Source: Macrostomum lignano (taxonomy: Eukaryota). From it: 64,000 bases of DNA. The translations under genes were made by a program, and so were the position numbers. This document shows positions 50,791 through 62,615 of the stretch, in pieces. Location of the stretch: positions 1 through 64,000 of the forward strand of contig NIVC01003752.1 of assembly GCA_002269645.1 (NCBI GenBank). The letters are read 5' to 3'. Position 1 is the stretch's first letter. The number at the start of each line of letters is the position of its first letter. Below the pieces are notes generated by a model. It was not told where the DNA came from. It searched no databases and was given only the letters and a program-made list of their open reading frames with translations.

Positions 50791-53458
50791 GCTCTAAATA
50801 TGCTTAAGGAATAACGAAATTCTTGAATATTTTGAACAAATATGAATGAAATATAAACTGTATCTCAATTGCATGTTTGATTGCTTTGTTGGCTTTAAAA
50901 TTTTGGGTCAGTTTCGGGTTTTGAGTTTTGGGTATATATCAAATTTCAATTTCGGGTTTTGGTCAGTAGCAAAAAATCATTTTTGGGCTATCTCTAATCA
51001 TACATGCCCAACACTTGTCCAACCTATCCAAACTAGACAGGTGAAATAGCTGCTGGCCAAGGTAAGTCGCAAAATCGAAAATGCAAAAAACAAAAATTAG
51101 GGGAGGAAAGAAAGGAGAAGAGAAAAGGAAAAGAAAGGAGGGAGAAGAGAAAGAGGGGAAGAGGAGAGAGAAAGAGAAAGAGAAAAAAAAGACAAAAAGG
51201 CAAGAAAAGTCATATACAAAGTGAAAATTAAATTGCAATTGGGGGAACTAAGTTGCAATCAGGAGGAACTAAGTTGAAAATCTAGACAAAACTAAATTGC
51301 ACTGGACAGGTGAAATTTTGAGGTTGGGCATGTATGTCTCTAATTTAGATGCATTGTTTAATACCAAAGTGCTATCTAAGCTGACTAGTGAAGATCTACA
51401 AATGCTGCACTGGATTGAGAATGAGTCTGCGCCAAAATTGACTGACTTAAAAAAATTGACTGACTCAACAAAAACTTAATGTGGCAAGGTTCTAACAGTT
51501 CTTCAACAAGAAGGGGCTCATTAGGAGTCTAAAGCATATGCCAGGTTGATTCCTGATTGATGGTCTGAGGCTTTTCTATTTCTCTTCAAAAGTAGGATGA
51601 AGCATACTACGTGCCAAAGTCTTATCTGTTTTCGTGTGGCATTCAACAGCACTTGCACTGGAACCCATCCATCAATTGCCAGGTGAATATCATTACTAGG
51701 TAGTAGAGAATTATTCAAGTGTTGCAACCAAGTTCTTGTCAAACTTATTTGTGATAGAAAAAATAATATTACTCCTTTTATTGTTTTTGTTGTTATGTCA
51801 TTATCATGTTTACATTCTTTTATATAGCCAAATGCCTATTAATTTTATGGCAACAATATAAATCAGCTAGCAAACAACTGAATTGTTGCCAAGAGGATCA
51901 TTACTGAAAACCATAGACAAAAGGATATAGTAAATAAAATTAGGCCTAGTGAAATTGTTGCTAAAATGTAAATTTTGCTTTATTATTTTTAAGTTATAAT
52001 TTTTATTTTGTTTAAAATATTAAACAAAAAATTAAAATAATAAATATTAAAATATTAAAATATTAAAATATTAAAAATTTGTTAGATTTTTGCACAATTT
52101 TTTTTGTATAAAAACCTTTCATAGACAACTCTACTCATGAAAACCACATGAATTTTTTAAGAAAAATTTTTGGTATACATTTTAGGGAATTTTTTTGTTT
52201 TTTGTATACATTGGCATACATTTAGCTAAAATAAGATTCTTGTTCTGGCATAACTGGCATAATGTTCTGGCACCTATACAATCTGGACCCTAGCCTAGTC
52301 ATTTTCTTTTTATGTAATACTCTATTAGTATTTAATTAACTTGTGATATTATTGAATTTATGATAAAAAAGAGTTGAAAAAAGCAAGTGCAAATGTACAA
52401 AATAGCCTAGGGCCTAGCATCAAAATGTGTGGGGGGGCATAGCCACATTCAACCCATAGTCATGATCATAGCATGCATCCTGCATTATATTGTGTCAGAT
52501 TTCCACCCTCTTTAGTCCCCCCTCCCCTACCTGCTGTTGCTCTAGAATAGGCTGATATAATGCATGTTCAATGTCTTTTTATGCTAGAATTTTTTATGAA
52601 AAGGTCATCTTCTAGACTATGGTTTATAATCTCTATTTTTAGTGGGAGGGCCAAGGTCAGGAATGTATACTAGTGTAAGCCCAAGTGAAAATTGCTTTCC
52701 TAGTTCATATATGCTAATATATGCTAATGGACTTTTATCACACAAAATCTTAAATATTTAAAAAAATTAGTAAAAACTGATTAAGTTTTTTAAAGAACCC
52801 TAAAGAACTAGTTTATTTTACCTGATCGTGACTATGGCTTTGCTATTTATATTGTTTAAATAATGAAATGTTATTTATAATCTGTTTCTACAAGCTAATA
52901 TAACAAGAGTTATATTCAAAAAAGTAGTATAGCATACATTAACATATCTTTTTGGAAAAGCATTTTCTATGTGTTATTTGTTATGTTTTTATGCCTTATA
53001 TCATAAAAGTTATATTAAATATATTTAAAAATTAACATTTAAAAATGAAGTTGGAAGTTGAAGTTGAAGTGAGATTAACCAATTTGCTACAAAAATTTGT
53101 ATGTCATGCACCAAAGACCCTAATATGTATTATTATATTATGTTATATCATTATACTATATTATCATAATAGAATAATTATAGACTGAATGATAAGAGAC
53201 ACCAAGAATTTTCTGTGGCAAAAGCCACTTTCTTATTATATTGTAGGGTCATTAGGCCTATTTAGCAAAAAATCCTAAGGAAAATTTTAGGATAAATACC
53301 AAGCATATTAAGAGCCAAAGACATGCTAAATTAGGCATAAACAGATGCTATGCAGCAGCAGATCTAGGTAGTTACGTCTTTTAGCTAAGGTCATGTTTAT
53401 TAAATCTTGCTCTTGTATGTTTCAACTTTTTAAAAATATCATTCAGGCTTCTTAAACT

Positions 53459-53606
53459 AAATAGGTGCAACAATAACAATAGGTGCAACAATAACAATAG
53501 GTGCAACAATAACAATAGGTGCAACAATAACAATAGGTGCAACAATAACAATAGGTGCAACAATAACAATAGGTGCAACAATAACAATAGGTGCAACAAT
53601 AACAAT
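53459..53606. repeat. 18 bp unit aataggtgcaacaataac, 8 copies
   Basis: Perfect tandem repeat. Confidence 0.95.
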
Positions 53607-54597
53607 ATAAACCATATTAGAAATCCTGCTAAAAATGCAGGATAACATTGACTCTGCTGATAGTTTTTTCTCATAAACTTTTATCCTAATTTACAGCTCT
53701 GTTAATGACTTCATTACATTCCATTTTAGACTGTCCAACAAGATCCACTGATTCGTTACATTGCTAATGAGTTCAAGCGGCATCAGGCTACTCAAGAAAT
53801 TAATTGCAAAGCTCAAAATGAGGCTTCTTATTTAGCTAGCACATATTTGTCCTACCTGACTAGTTGTCAGAAGCATCAGGTTAGTTGAGCTGATTTTCTA
53901 TTAAACCATAAAAAATGTTTCAATGGGAAGATTCGCTAAACAGAACTCACAATGGCAACTGTTGGAGAGGCGACTGTTGAGTCACGAGTTCATCGCGTGA
54001 GTTGCAGAATCGTAGAAAACGATTGCAAAAAAGTTGACCAAAAGTCGCTTTGTTAGCGCTTAACTTTCTACTGACTCAAGTAGACTAAATAGAGTTTTTA
54101 CAAATGCAAAATGCGATTCTAATTCATAGAGTGACGCAGATGCGCAACTCAAGTGATTCCACAGCGACCATTTTCATCGGGTGAACAGTAAAAGCAAGCC
54201 TCTCCATCAAACACAATACTAATTTGTATTTTAGATAGATAGGCAAATTACTTTCAACCTTAAATCCAAATTCAAATCCAATTATATATTAACTATTGCA
54301 GTCGCTGATTGACACCTACGGCGCCAAAGGTGAACGCACGACCAAGCAGGCTGCTCGATTAGTTGGTCTAGACGTTCCTGACACACCTGGCCAGTGATTC
54401 GCCAGGACTTCTGGTCTATCTTGTTGAAGAAACTGACTTATTACTAAATAATTAGCCTGTTAAAAGTTAGAAGACTGTATTATTTAACCGAAATATCAAA
54501 TAAAACTGTTAGTATCGATACCGACTGTCATTTTTTGTTTTGTGTTTCAAACTTGACGAATTCTGTTTTCAATTATTCTTAGTCGCATTTCTGTTTA

Positions 54598-54693
54598 CCC
54601 AGTTGTTAGCTGAACTTTGCTTTTGTGTGTAACATTGGAAGGTCACCCAGTTGTTAGCTGAACTTTGCTTTTGTGTGTAACATTGGAAGGTCA
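54598..54693. repeat. 49 bp direct duplication
   Basis: acccagttgttagctgaactttgcttttgtgtgtaacattggaaggtca occurs twice in tandem. Confidence 0.9.
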
Positions 54694-54804
54694 AAATCTA
54701 CCCGTGCACTTCCATCTGTCTATTAGTTGATAACAGACTGTGTTACATTGTTCAAGTTGTAACTGGCCCCTTTGTTTACAATTGTTTAAAATAATAGTTT
54801 AAGC

Positions 54805-54839
54805 TAAGATAGGTAGATTCATAGTTAGATGGAAGAATG

Positions 54840-54897
<58 letters not shown>

Positions 54898-55015
54898 CAA
54901 ATAGATAGATAGATAGATAGATAGATGGATAGACAAATAGATAGATAGATAGACAGATAGATAGACAGTTAGATAGGTAGATAGATAGACAGACAGGTAG
55001 ATGGATGGATTGATG
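54805..55015. repeat. (GATA)n microsatellite, partly degenerate
   Basis: Visible tetranucleotide repeat. Confidence 0.92.
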
Positions 55016-55147
55016 GAAATAGAGAACTCGTGCTCATTTACGCTAAAAGCTATAGGGCTTAAAGTTCTAATGGGCGCTACTATGAGTAGAAATGCACGCT
55101 CAAATCGCTAATTTCTCATTGACCCTACTGAACCTGCAGCCACAGCC

Positions 55148-55471
55148 ATGGACGTTGACAGCCCAGCCTCCGCCTCCGCGTCATCTGCCGCTGCCAGTCG
55201 CAAGCGCTTCGAAGTGAAAAAGTGGAACGCCGTAGCGTTGTGGGCCTGGGACATTCAAGTTGACACGTGCGCCATCTGCCGCAACCACATCATGGACCTG
55301 TGCATCGAGTGCCAGGCCAACCAGGCCTCAGCTACCAGCGAAGAGTGCACAGTGGCCTGGGGCGTCTGCAATCACGCCTTCCATTTTCATTGCATCTCGC
55401 GTTGGCTGAAAACTCGCCAAGTTTGCCCGCTGGACAATCGCGAGTGGGAGTTCCAGAAGTACGGGCACTAG
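55148..55471 (+). CDS. RBX1: RING-box protein 1 (cullin-RING E3 ligase subunit), intronless, 107 aa
   Basis: [89 protein letters not shown], essentially the canonical sequence. Confidence 0.99.
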   Translation: MDVDSPASASASSAAASRKRFEVKKWNAVALWAWDIQVDTCAICRNHIMDLCIECQANQASATSEECTVAWGVCNHAFHFHCISRWLKTRQVCPLDNREWEFQKYGH

Positions 55472-55809
55472 AGTGTCGCGTTGTTGGGGATTAACTGCGA
55501 TGTTTTTTGGAGGGTTGATTCGCTTAAAAAACCATTTCTTAATTGTTGTTTTATTCAGTAGTCTTGATTTCTTTTCTAAGAAATCCAAGTGTCCCGTATA
55601 CGTTTACTAAAGTACTCGATAAGTTTGTAAACATAATTCATTTGATAATGTTTAAAAAATAACTTCTTACGCAAGCTTATAATGTTTGTGTAATTGGCAG
55701 ATTGAATTCGCGTGGTTCTTTTTCTGTTTCAAATTATAAAAGCTTTGACGACTGTTATATATCTTTATAATATGTTTGTTTGTTTACTCATATTGATAGT
55801 AATATGGCT

Positions 55810-56402
55810 TAGAGTTCAGGTATTCCATTGAGTAGATTAGAGATGATTGGATGAGGTATTCGATTCTGAGTAGATTAGAGTTCAGGTATTCCATTGAGTA
55901 GATTAGAGATGATTGGATGAGGTATTCGATTCTGAGTAGATTAGAGTTCAGGTATTCCATTGAGTAGATTAGAGATGATTGGATGAGGTATTCGATTCTG
56001 AGTAGATTAGAGTTCAGGTATTCGATTCTTAGTAGATTAGAGTTCAGGTGTTCGATTCTGAGTAGATTAGAGTTCAGGTGTTCGATTCTGAGTAGATTAG
56101 AGTTCAGGTATTCGATTATGAGTAGATTAGAGTTTAGGTATTCGATTCTGAGTAGATTAGAGTTCAGGTGTTCGATTCTGAGTAGATTAGAGTTCAGGTA
56201 TTCGATTCTGTGTAGATTAGAGTTCAGTTATTCGATTATGAGTAGATTAGAGTTCAGGTATTCGATTATGAGTAGATTAGAGTTTAGGTATTCGATTCTG
56301 AGTAGATTAAAGTTCAGGTATTCGATTCTGAATAGATTTGCGTTCAGGTATTCGATTCTGAGTAGATTAGAGTTCAGGTATTCGATTCTGAGTAGATTAG
56401 AG
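55810..56402. repeat. Minisatellite, 30 bp unit gagtagattagagttcaggtattcgattct, about 20 copies
   Basis: Direct tandem repeat between RBX1 and the ZIP gene. Confidence 0.95.
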
Positions 56403-56497
56403 TATTTTCAATTCATTCCGACGTCGATTTCTGCTCTAATCGCCCCAGCTTAGCTGGGAAACCAGTCAGCGAGTTTAATCTCCCCATTTCTATCAGC

Positions 56498-57424
56498 ATG
56501 ACATTCACCGTAGTAGATCTCAAAGTGACGCTTCTGTCACTAATGGCAACGACAGTTCTAGCAGTCTGCTTAGGCCCAGTGTACGCACTGCACAGGATTC
56601 GCAACTCAGAATTGGCATCTAGATTTGCTCGCGGTCGCGTTGAAGAACGTCGCAGGCGTCGACTCCGCGAACTGTGGGTGTCGCGTATGTCGGTATTCGC
56701 CGCTGGCGTGTTCGTGTCGGTCGGCCTGATGGACCTGTTCCCCGACGCCTACGGCGATCTCAGCGAAGCAGCTGACGTTTATCGTTGGCGAATGCGAAGG
56801 TTTCCGCTGTCTTATTTTTTAATGCTGTGCGGCTTCTTCATGGTGCTAGTGCTGGAGCAGGTTGTGCTCAGCTGCCGAGAGCGTCAGATGTTGAGCCAGT
56901 CGGGTCGGTCCCAGAAACGGAGAGATAAGCGAATGAAGGAAAGAGAACCTGCAGCTGTCAACAACTCGGTAGAAACCGACGCCTTGCTTGGCCAGCCAAT
57001 CAGAACAGGCCGCGCTAATGTACCGGCCGCTCTGATTGGCTACGGCACTTCGCATATGATAGCTAATAGTAGTAGTCAATCAATTTCAGTTGCTAGGCGA
57101 GCCAGGTCTCTGTCGGACATCGCCGCGTCCTGGCGTCAGGCCGGGGAGTTCGACGAATTCCCATCGATTGTTGGCATCCGGGCTGAGCCTGTGCTGCCGC
57201 CGCCGCCCGCCCCCTGGAGTGCCGGGGCCGGGGCAGCGCGTCGATATGGCGGAGTCGATGATGACAATGATGACGTCATCATATCGACGAGTCAGGCCGA
57301 GGCGGCGGCAGCCGTGGCCGAGATTGAAGCCGCTCTGTCCGAGGAGGACACAGCGTCGAGTATGGCGCACGAGTGCGACCACCGAAGTCATAGGGATCAT
57401 AATAATTTTGTTAGCGGCAGTCAG
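56498..57424 (+). CDS. SLC39A: ZIP (SLC39A, ZIP1-3 type) metal transporter, exon 1
   Basis: TM1-3 (FAAGVFVSVGLMDLFPDA, FPLSYFLMLCGFFMVLVLEQ), long loop ending HECDHRSHRDH, donor GTGAGA at 57425, phase 0. Confidence 0.88.
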
Positions 57425-57436
57425 GTGAGATCATAT

Positions 57437-57672
57437 TGCCTGTGTGTCAGTAGGGAATTTCTCAGATTGCCTGTGTGTCAGTGGGGAATTTCTCAGATTG
57501 CCTGTGTGTCAGTGGGGAATTTCTCAGACTACCTGTGTATCAGTGGGAAATTTTTCAGACTGCCTGTGTGTCAGGTAATTTCTCAGACTGCCTGTGTTAA
57601 AGGGGAATTTCTCAGACTGCCTGTGTTAAAGGGGAATTTCTCAGACTGCCTGTGTTAAAGGGGAATTTCTCA
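57437..57672. repeat. Minisatellite, about 31 bp unit tgcctgtgtgtcagtggggaatttctcagat, about 7 copies
   Basis: Tandem repeat just inside the intron. Confidence 0.88.
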
Positions 57673-58135
57673 CGTTGCCAAGACCACTAAAGTAGTAAAT
57701 CGGCCCAGAAGCCAAAGCGACTCATGAGGGCGGCGGTTGATCGAGGTCCGAAAAATGGCTCAAAAGGCTCTAATAGAGTAAGGAGTCTTTCGGGTTTCCA
57801 TCGCGTGTTGAAAATTTATGCTTTTTCACTGGCGTATTCTGTGAATCGCCATCATTTGTGAATTGGACTGTAAAGTAGCCAGCCTGAACGACTTTCAATA
57901 TCTAGAAAGAAATCGCTTTTTAACACTTCAACTACTTTTACTTTGACCTGTGGAGCTTTGAATGTTGTAGCATTTTTGTCCTGTTACAAATGGGAATTTG
58001 TGGCTGTGTTTTCAAAGTAAATACGAGTCTTCTCGTGTGTCAATGTGTTTTGAAATAATTAGTCTCAATCTGCCTTTAAATGAGTCTCACTGTGTCTCAA
58101 AATGAGTCTTAATCTGCCTTCAAATCAGTCTCAAT

Positions 58136-61100
58136 ACTACTATACGTGCAGTTTTCCGGGCGTTTTGGAGGTGGGGTGGGTGTCAACCCTCCTCGCCTCT
58201 CATTGGCTGGCGACCCGATCACTAGGTGATCGATACGCGTATCGATATCGGCGCTCGGCGCGCGCACAGTGAGACTCATTTCGAGACACAGTGAGACTCA
58301 TTTCGAGACACAGTGAGACTCATTTCGAGACACAGTGAGACTCATTTAGAGACACAGTGAGACTCATTTAGAGACACAGTGAGACTCATTTAGAGACACA
58401 GTGAGAATCATTTCGAGACACAGTGAGACTCATTTAGAGACACAGTGAGACTCATTTAGAGACACAGTGAGACTCATTTAGAGACACAGTGAGAATCATT
58501 TCGAGACACAGTGACACTCATTTAGAGACACAGTGAGACTCATTTAGAGACACAGTGAGAATCATTTCAAGACACAGTGAGACTCATTTTGAGACACAGT
58601 GAGAATCATTTTGAGACACAGTGAGAATCATTTTGAGACACAGTGAGACTCATTTTGAGACACAGTGAGAATCATTTCGAGACACAGTGAGAATCATTTT
58701 GATGCATAGTGAGACTCATTTTGAGACACAGTGAGACTCATTTTGAGACACAGTGAGAATCATTTCGAGACACAGTGAGAATCATTTTGATGCATAGTGA
58801 GACTCATTTTGATGCATAGTGAGACTCATTTCAAGACACAGTGAGACTCATTTCAAGACACAGTGAGACTCATATGAAGAAACATTGAGACTACTATACG
58901 TGCAGTTTTCCGGGCGTTTTGGAGGTGGGGTGGGTGTCAACCCTCCTCGCCTCTCATTGGCTGGCGACCCGATCACTAGGTGATCGATACGCGTATCGAT
59001 ATCGGCGCTCGGCGCGCGCGCGCCGCAGGCGCGTGGCGCCAAGCGCCGCAGGCGCACCCTCCCGATATGTACCCCGATATGTATGCCCTCCCTCCTGATA
59101 TGTATGCCCTCCCGAGTCGCAGGCGCCCATGCAGCAGGCGCCCCCCCTCCCCGCCGCACGCGCCCTCCCCCGACATGTATGCCGCAGGCGCCCTCCCCGC
59201 CTCAGGCGCCCCTCCCGATATGTATGCGCACTCTCCCTATATGTACACCGATATGTATGCAGCAGGCGCCCCGAGTGTACACTCTCCCGATATGTGTGTA
59301 CACCGATATGTAGTCATCGATACGGGCCTCTTCCCCTCTCTCACCTACATCTCAACTAGCGAAATCGAACCCAGGTCGCGCCCATACTAGGACACTACAC
59401 GGTTGTGGGGTATAGGGAGCGAGAAGTTTCAACCCTAACGCTGACGCAGCCCTGTACAGTGAGAGTGTACGGGCAGAGAGGGGTGGGGCGGACAGAGAAC
59501 CAGCCACTAGGTTGTTATACTGTTGAAGCATAGGGAGCGAGAAGTTTTAACCCCGATGCTGACGCAGCCCTGTACACTGAGCGTGTACGGGCAGAGGGTG
59601 GGTGGAAAGAGATGTGAATAACACAGCCTGCTGCAGGAGCCGGATAGAGAGGCGCATGCTAGGACAGAGAGGTAGTGTGAGTCACACACACCCCACAGAG
59701 AAAGCCATACAGAGGATAGAGAGCTCCCTCCCCAGTTGCAGGGGACAGAGAGGCAGGCAGGGTATGCAGGGGCATGCGAACCGTCAAGGGGCCACGCGAG
59801 GATAGAGTGGAGGAGCAGAGATGTGTTTGGACAGAGAGCCAGCCACGTGTGCGTAGTGTGAGGGAACAGAAACATATGGAGCAGGAGGGAGATAGGAAGC
59901 AAACGCGCAGGGTAAGGGAGCCACACAGGACGGTACAGTGAGACACGGGCAGGGGTGGAGCCGTGCGTGGACAGAGCTGAACGGCACGGTCAGCTGCAGG
60001 AATAGGATGATAGAGAGGCGCGGAGGGGGACAGAGAGCAGTGTGCAGGGGTAGGCAGCCACGCAGGCTGGGGAACAGAGAGGCGCGTGTCAGCCAGTTGC
60101 AGCCCGGGACAGAGAAGTATGAAGGGGGGCCTGGGACAGAGTTCCGAGCAAGGCACAGAGGTAGGGTCTGTTCCGGACTGTTCTGTCCGGCATGTGGAAA
60201 AGTATTTGCCCCGCCTTCGCTTACTCATACTGCACACAGACAAAGCTTATCTCTATTAGCAATCTGTTCGTGGTGGTTTAGAAGGATACTGTCTTCCTGT
60301 ATATAGCTCTCTATCCCTTCATCACTCGTAATAACTTCATAAATGCTCGCTTGACCAATGGCTGGTACTGAACTAATAATTCATACGATACATAATGGTT
60401 AATACTTTCTAACTCCGTACAGCTCACAAGTTTCTACTCTCTACCTTATCAGTAACATTAAAATAAAAAGGTAAAATTTGCTGGTTTTGTGCCTTGTTTG
60501 CTTACTTTTCTATTAAAATACTTGCGGTTTATAATTGAAAATGTCTGCTTTTTATTCAATTTTATGTGGTTTGAAGGTTTATTTTTGCTAAAATGCCTGG
60601 TTTCTTATAAAAATTTCTACTCTCGACAATGATTGTGTCAGCTATTTCATTAAAATAACCTACTTTTGAATAAAACGTTGTATTTAAGCCCCTAGTTTTT
60701 TTTTCAAAACATAATGGAAACCCTCACAACGCCCTTGGAACCTCCTCAAGCAGCTTACATAGAGCATGCAGACCCCGAAACCCCCTCTAGTGTGCCCTGA
60801 TTTCAGCGGTCTGACGGTTAAGATCTGTATTTTTACACTATATTTTCCTTCATGCAGCAATACAGGAGGGTTTGGTAGAGTGAGTCTGGCGGGAGAGGGG
60901 CTTGTGGGGTGATGAGGATGCGTACACACAGTTTAGCCTGTTTTAGTCTACCCTTTGGGCTAATATGCTTACTATTATTACTACTATTATACCTACTATG
61001 TACATACTATTATACTACCCGCTATTAAACATGTTGCACTAAAACCAACTTTTGAAAATACATAGCGTGTTTTGGTCGATTCTCCCTCACGTCTCTGTCC

Positions 61101-62615
61101 CTACACATGTGCTCTGCTCGCTTTGGTCTCTGCTTGTGTACCTCTCTGTAACGTCTCTGTATGCTCTGACTGGTTTCTCCGTCCCCGCACGCGCCGCTAC
61201 TAAAGTTTGCTGTTACCTACCCCTACACACTGCTCTCTGTCTCCCTCCGCGCACACCTCTCTGGCCTTGCATGCAACTTGCATGTCTGCTCCCCTGTCCT
61301 GCCCTCGCGTGGCTCCCTGCCTATACATAGCTACAGGACCCTACCTCTGTGCCTTGCTCGGAACTCTGTCCCAGGCCCCCCTTCATACTTCTCTGTCCCG
61401 GGCTGCAACTGGCTGACACGCGCCTCTCTGTTCCCCAGCCTGCGTGGCTGCCTACCCCTGCACACTGCTCTCTGTCCCCCTCCGCGCCTCTCTATCATCC
61501 TATTCCTGCAGCTGACCGTGCCGTTCAGCTCTGTCCACGCACGGCTCCACCCCTGCCCGTGTCTCACTGTACCGTCCTGTGTGGCTCCCTTACCCTGCGC
61601 GTTTGCTTCCTATCTCCCTCCTGCTCCATATGTTTCTGTTCCCTCACACTACGCACACGTGGCTGGCTCTCTGTCCAAACACATCTCTGCTCCTCCACTC
61701 TATCCTCGCGTGGCCCCTTGACGGTTCGCATGCCCCTGCATACCCTGCCTGCCTCTCTGTCCCCTGCAACTGGGGAGGGAGCTCTCTATCCTCTGTATGG
61801 CTTTCTCTGTGGGGTGTGTGTGACTCACACTACCTCTCTGTCCTAGCATGCGCCTCTCTATCCGGCTCCTGCAGCAGGCTGTGTTATTCACATCTCTTTC
61901 CACCCACCCTCTGCCCGTACACGCTCAGTGTACAGGGCTGCGTCAGCATCGGGGTTAAAACTTCTCGCTCCCTATGCTTCAACAGTATAACAACCTAGTG
62001 GCTGGTTCTCTGTCCGCCCCACCCCTCTCTGCCCGTACACTCTCACTGTACAGGGCTGCGTCAGCGTTAGGGTTGAAACTTCTCGCTCCCTATACCCCAC
62101 AACCGTGTAGTGTCCTAGTATGGGCGCGACCTGGGTTCGATTTCGCTAGTTGAGATGTAGGTGAGAGAGGGGAAGAGGCCCGTATCGATGACTACATATC
62201 GGTGTACACACATATCGGGAGAGTGTACACTCGGGGCGCCTGCTGCATACATATCGGTGTACATATAGGGAGAGTGCGCATACATATCGGGAGGGGCGCC
62301 TGAGGCGGGGAGGGCGCCTGCGGCATACATGTCGGGGGAGGGCGCGTGCGGCGGGGAGGGGGGGCGCCTGCTGCATGGGCGCCTGCGACTCGGGAGGGCA
62401 TACATATCAGGAGGGAGGGCATACATATCGGGGTACATATCGGGAGGGTGCGCCTGCGGCGCTTGGCGCCACGCGCCTGCGGCGCGCGCGCGCCGAGCGC
62501 CGATATCGATACGCGTATCGATCACCTAGTGATCGGGTCGCCAGCCAATGAGAGGCGAGGAGGGTTGACACCCACCCCACCTCCAAAACGCCCGGAAAAC
62601 TGCACGTATAGTAGT
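58136..62615. mobile_element. Non-coding TIR element, 4480 bp, with ACTACTATACG...CGTATAGTAGT termini and 6-bp TSD (Polinton/Maverick-like, non-autonomous, rearranged)
   Basis: TSD CTCAAT at 58130-58135 and 62616-62621; 130 bp of left TIR intact. Removing the element restores the 22-bp register of the host minisatellite. Family assignment is inference. Confidence 0.7.
58266..58873. repeat. 22 bp minisatellite acagtgagactcatttcgagac, about 27 copies (inverted copy)
   Basis: Period 22 (58266 to 58288). Confidence 0.96.

Noticed and set aside
59428-59445. caaccctaac as a telomerase RNA template
   Set aside because: Single 10-mer, not kept in the sister module (ttaaccccgat), with no supporting pseudoknot or H/ACA features and located in a mobile element.
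62105-62155. tRNA gene (ggttcgatt B-box-like)
   Set aside because: No proper A box or cloverleaf.
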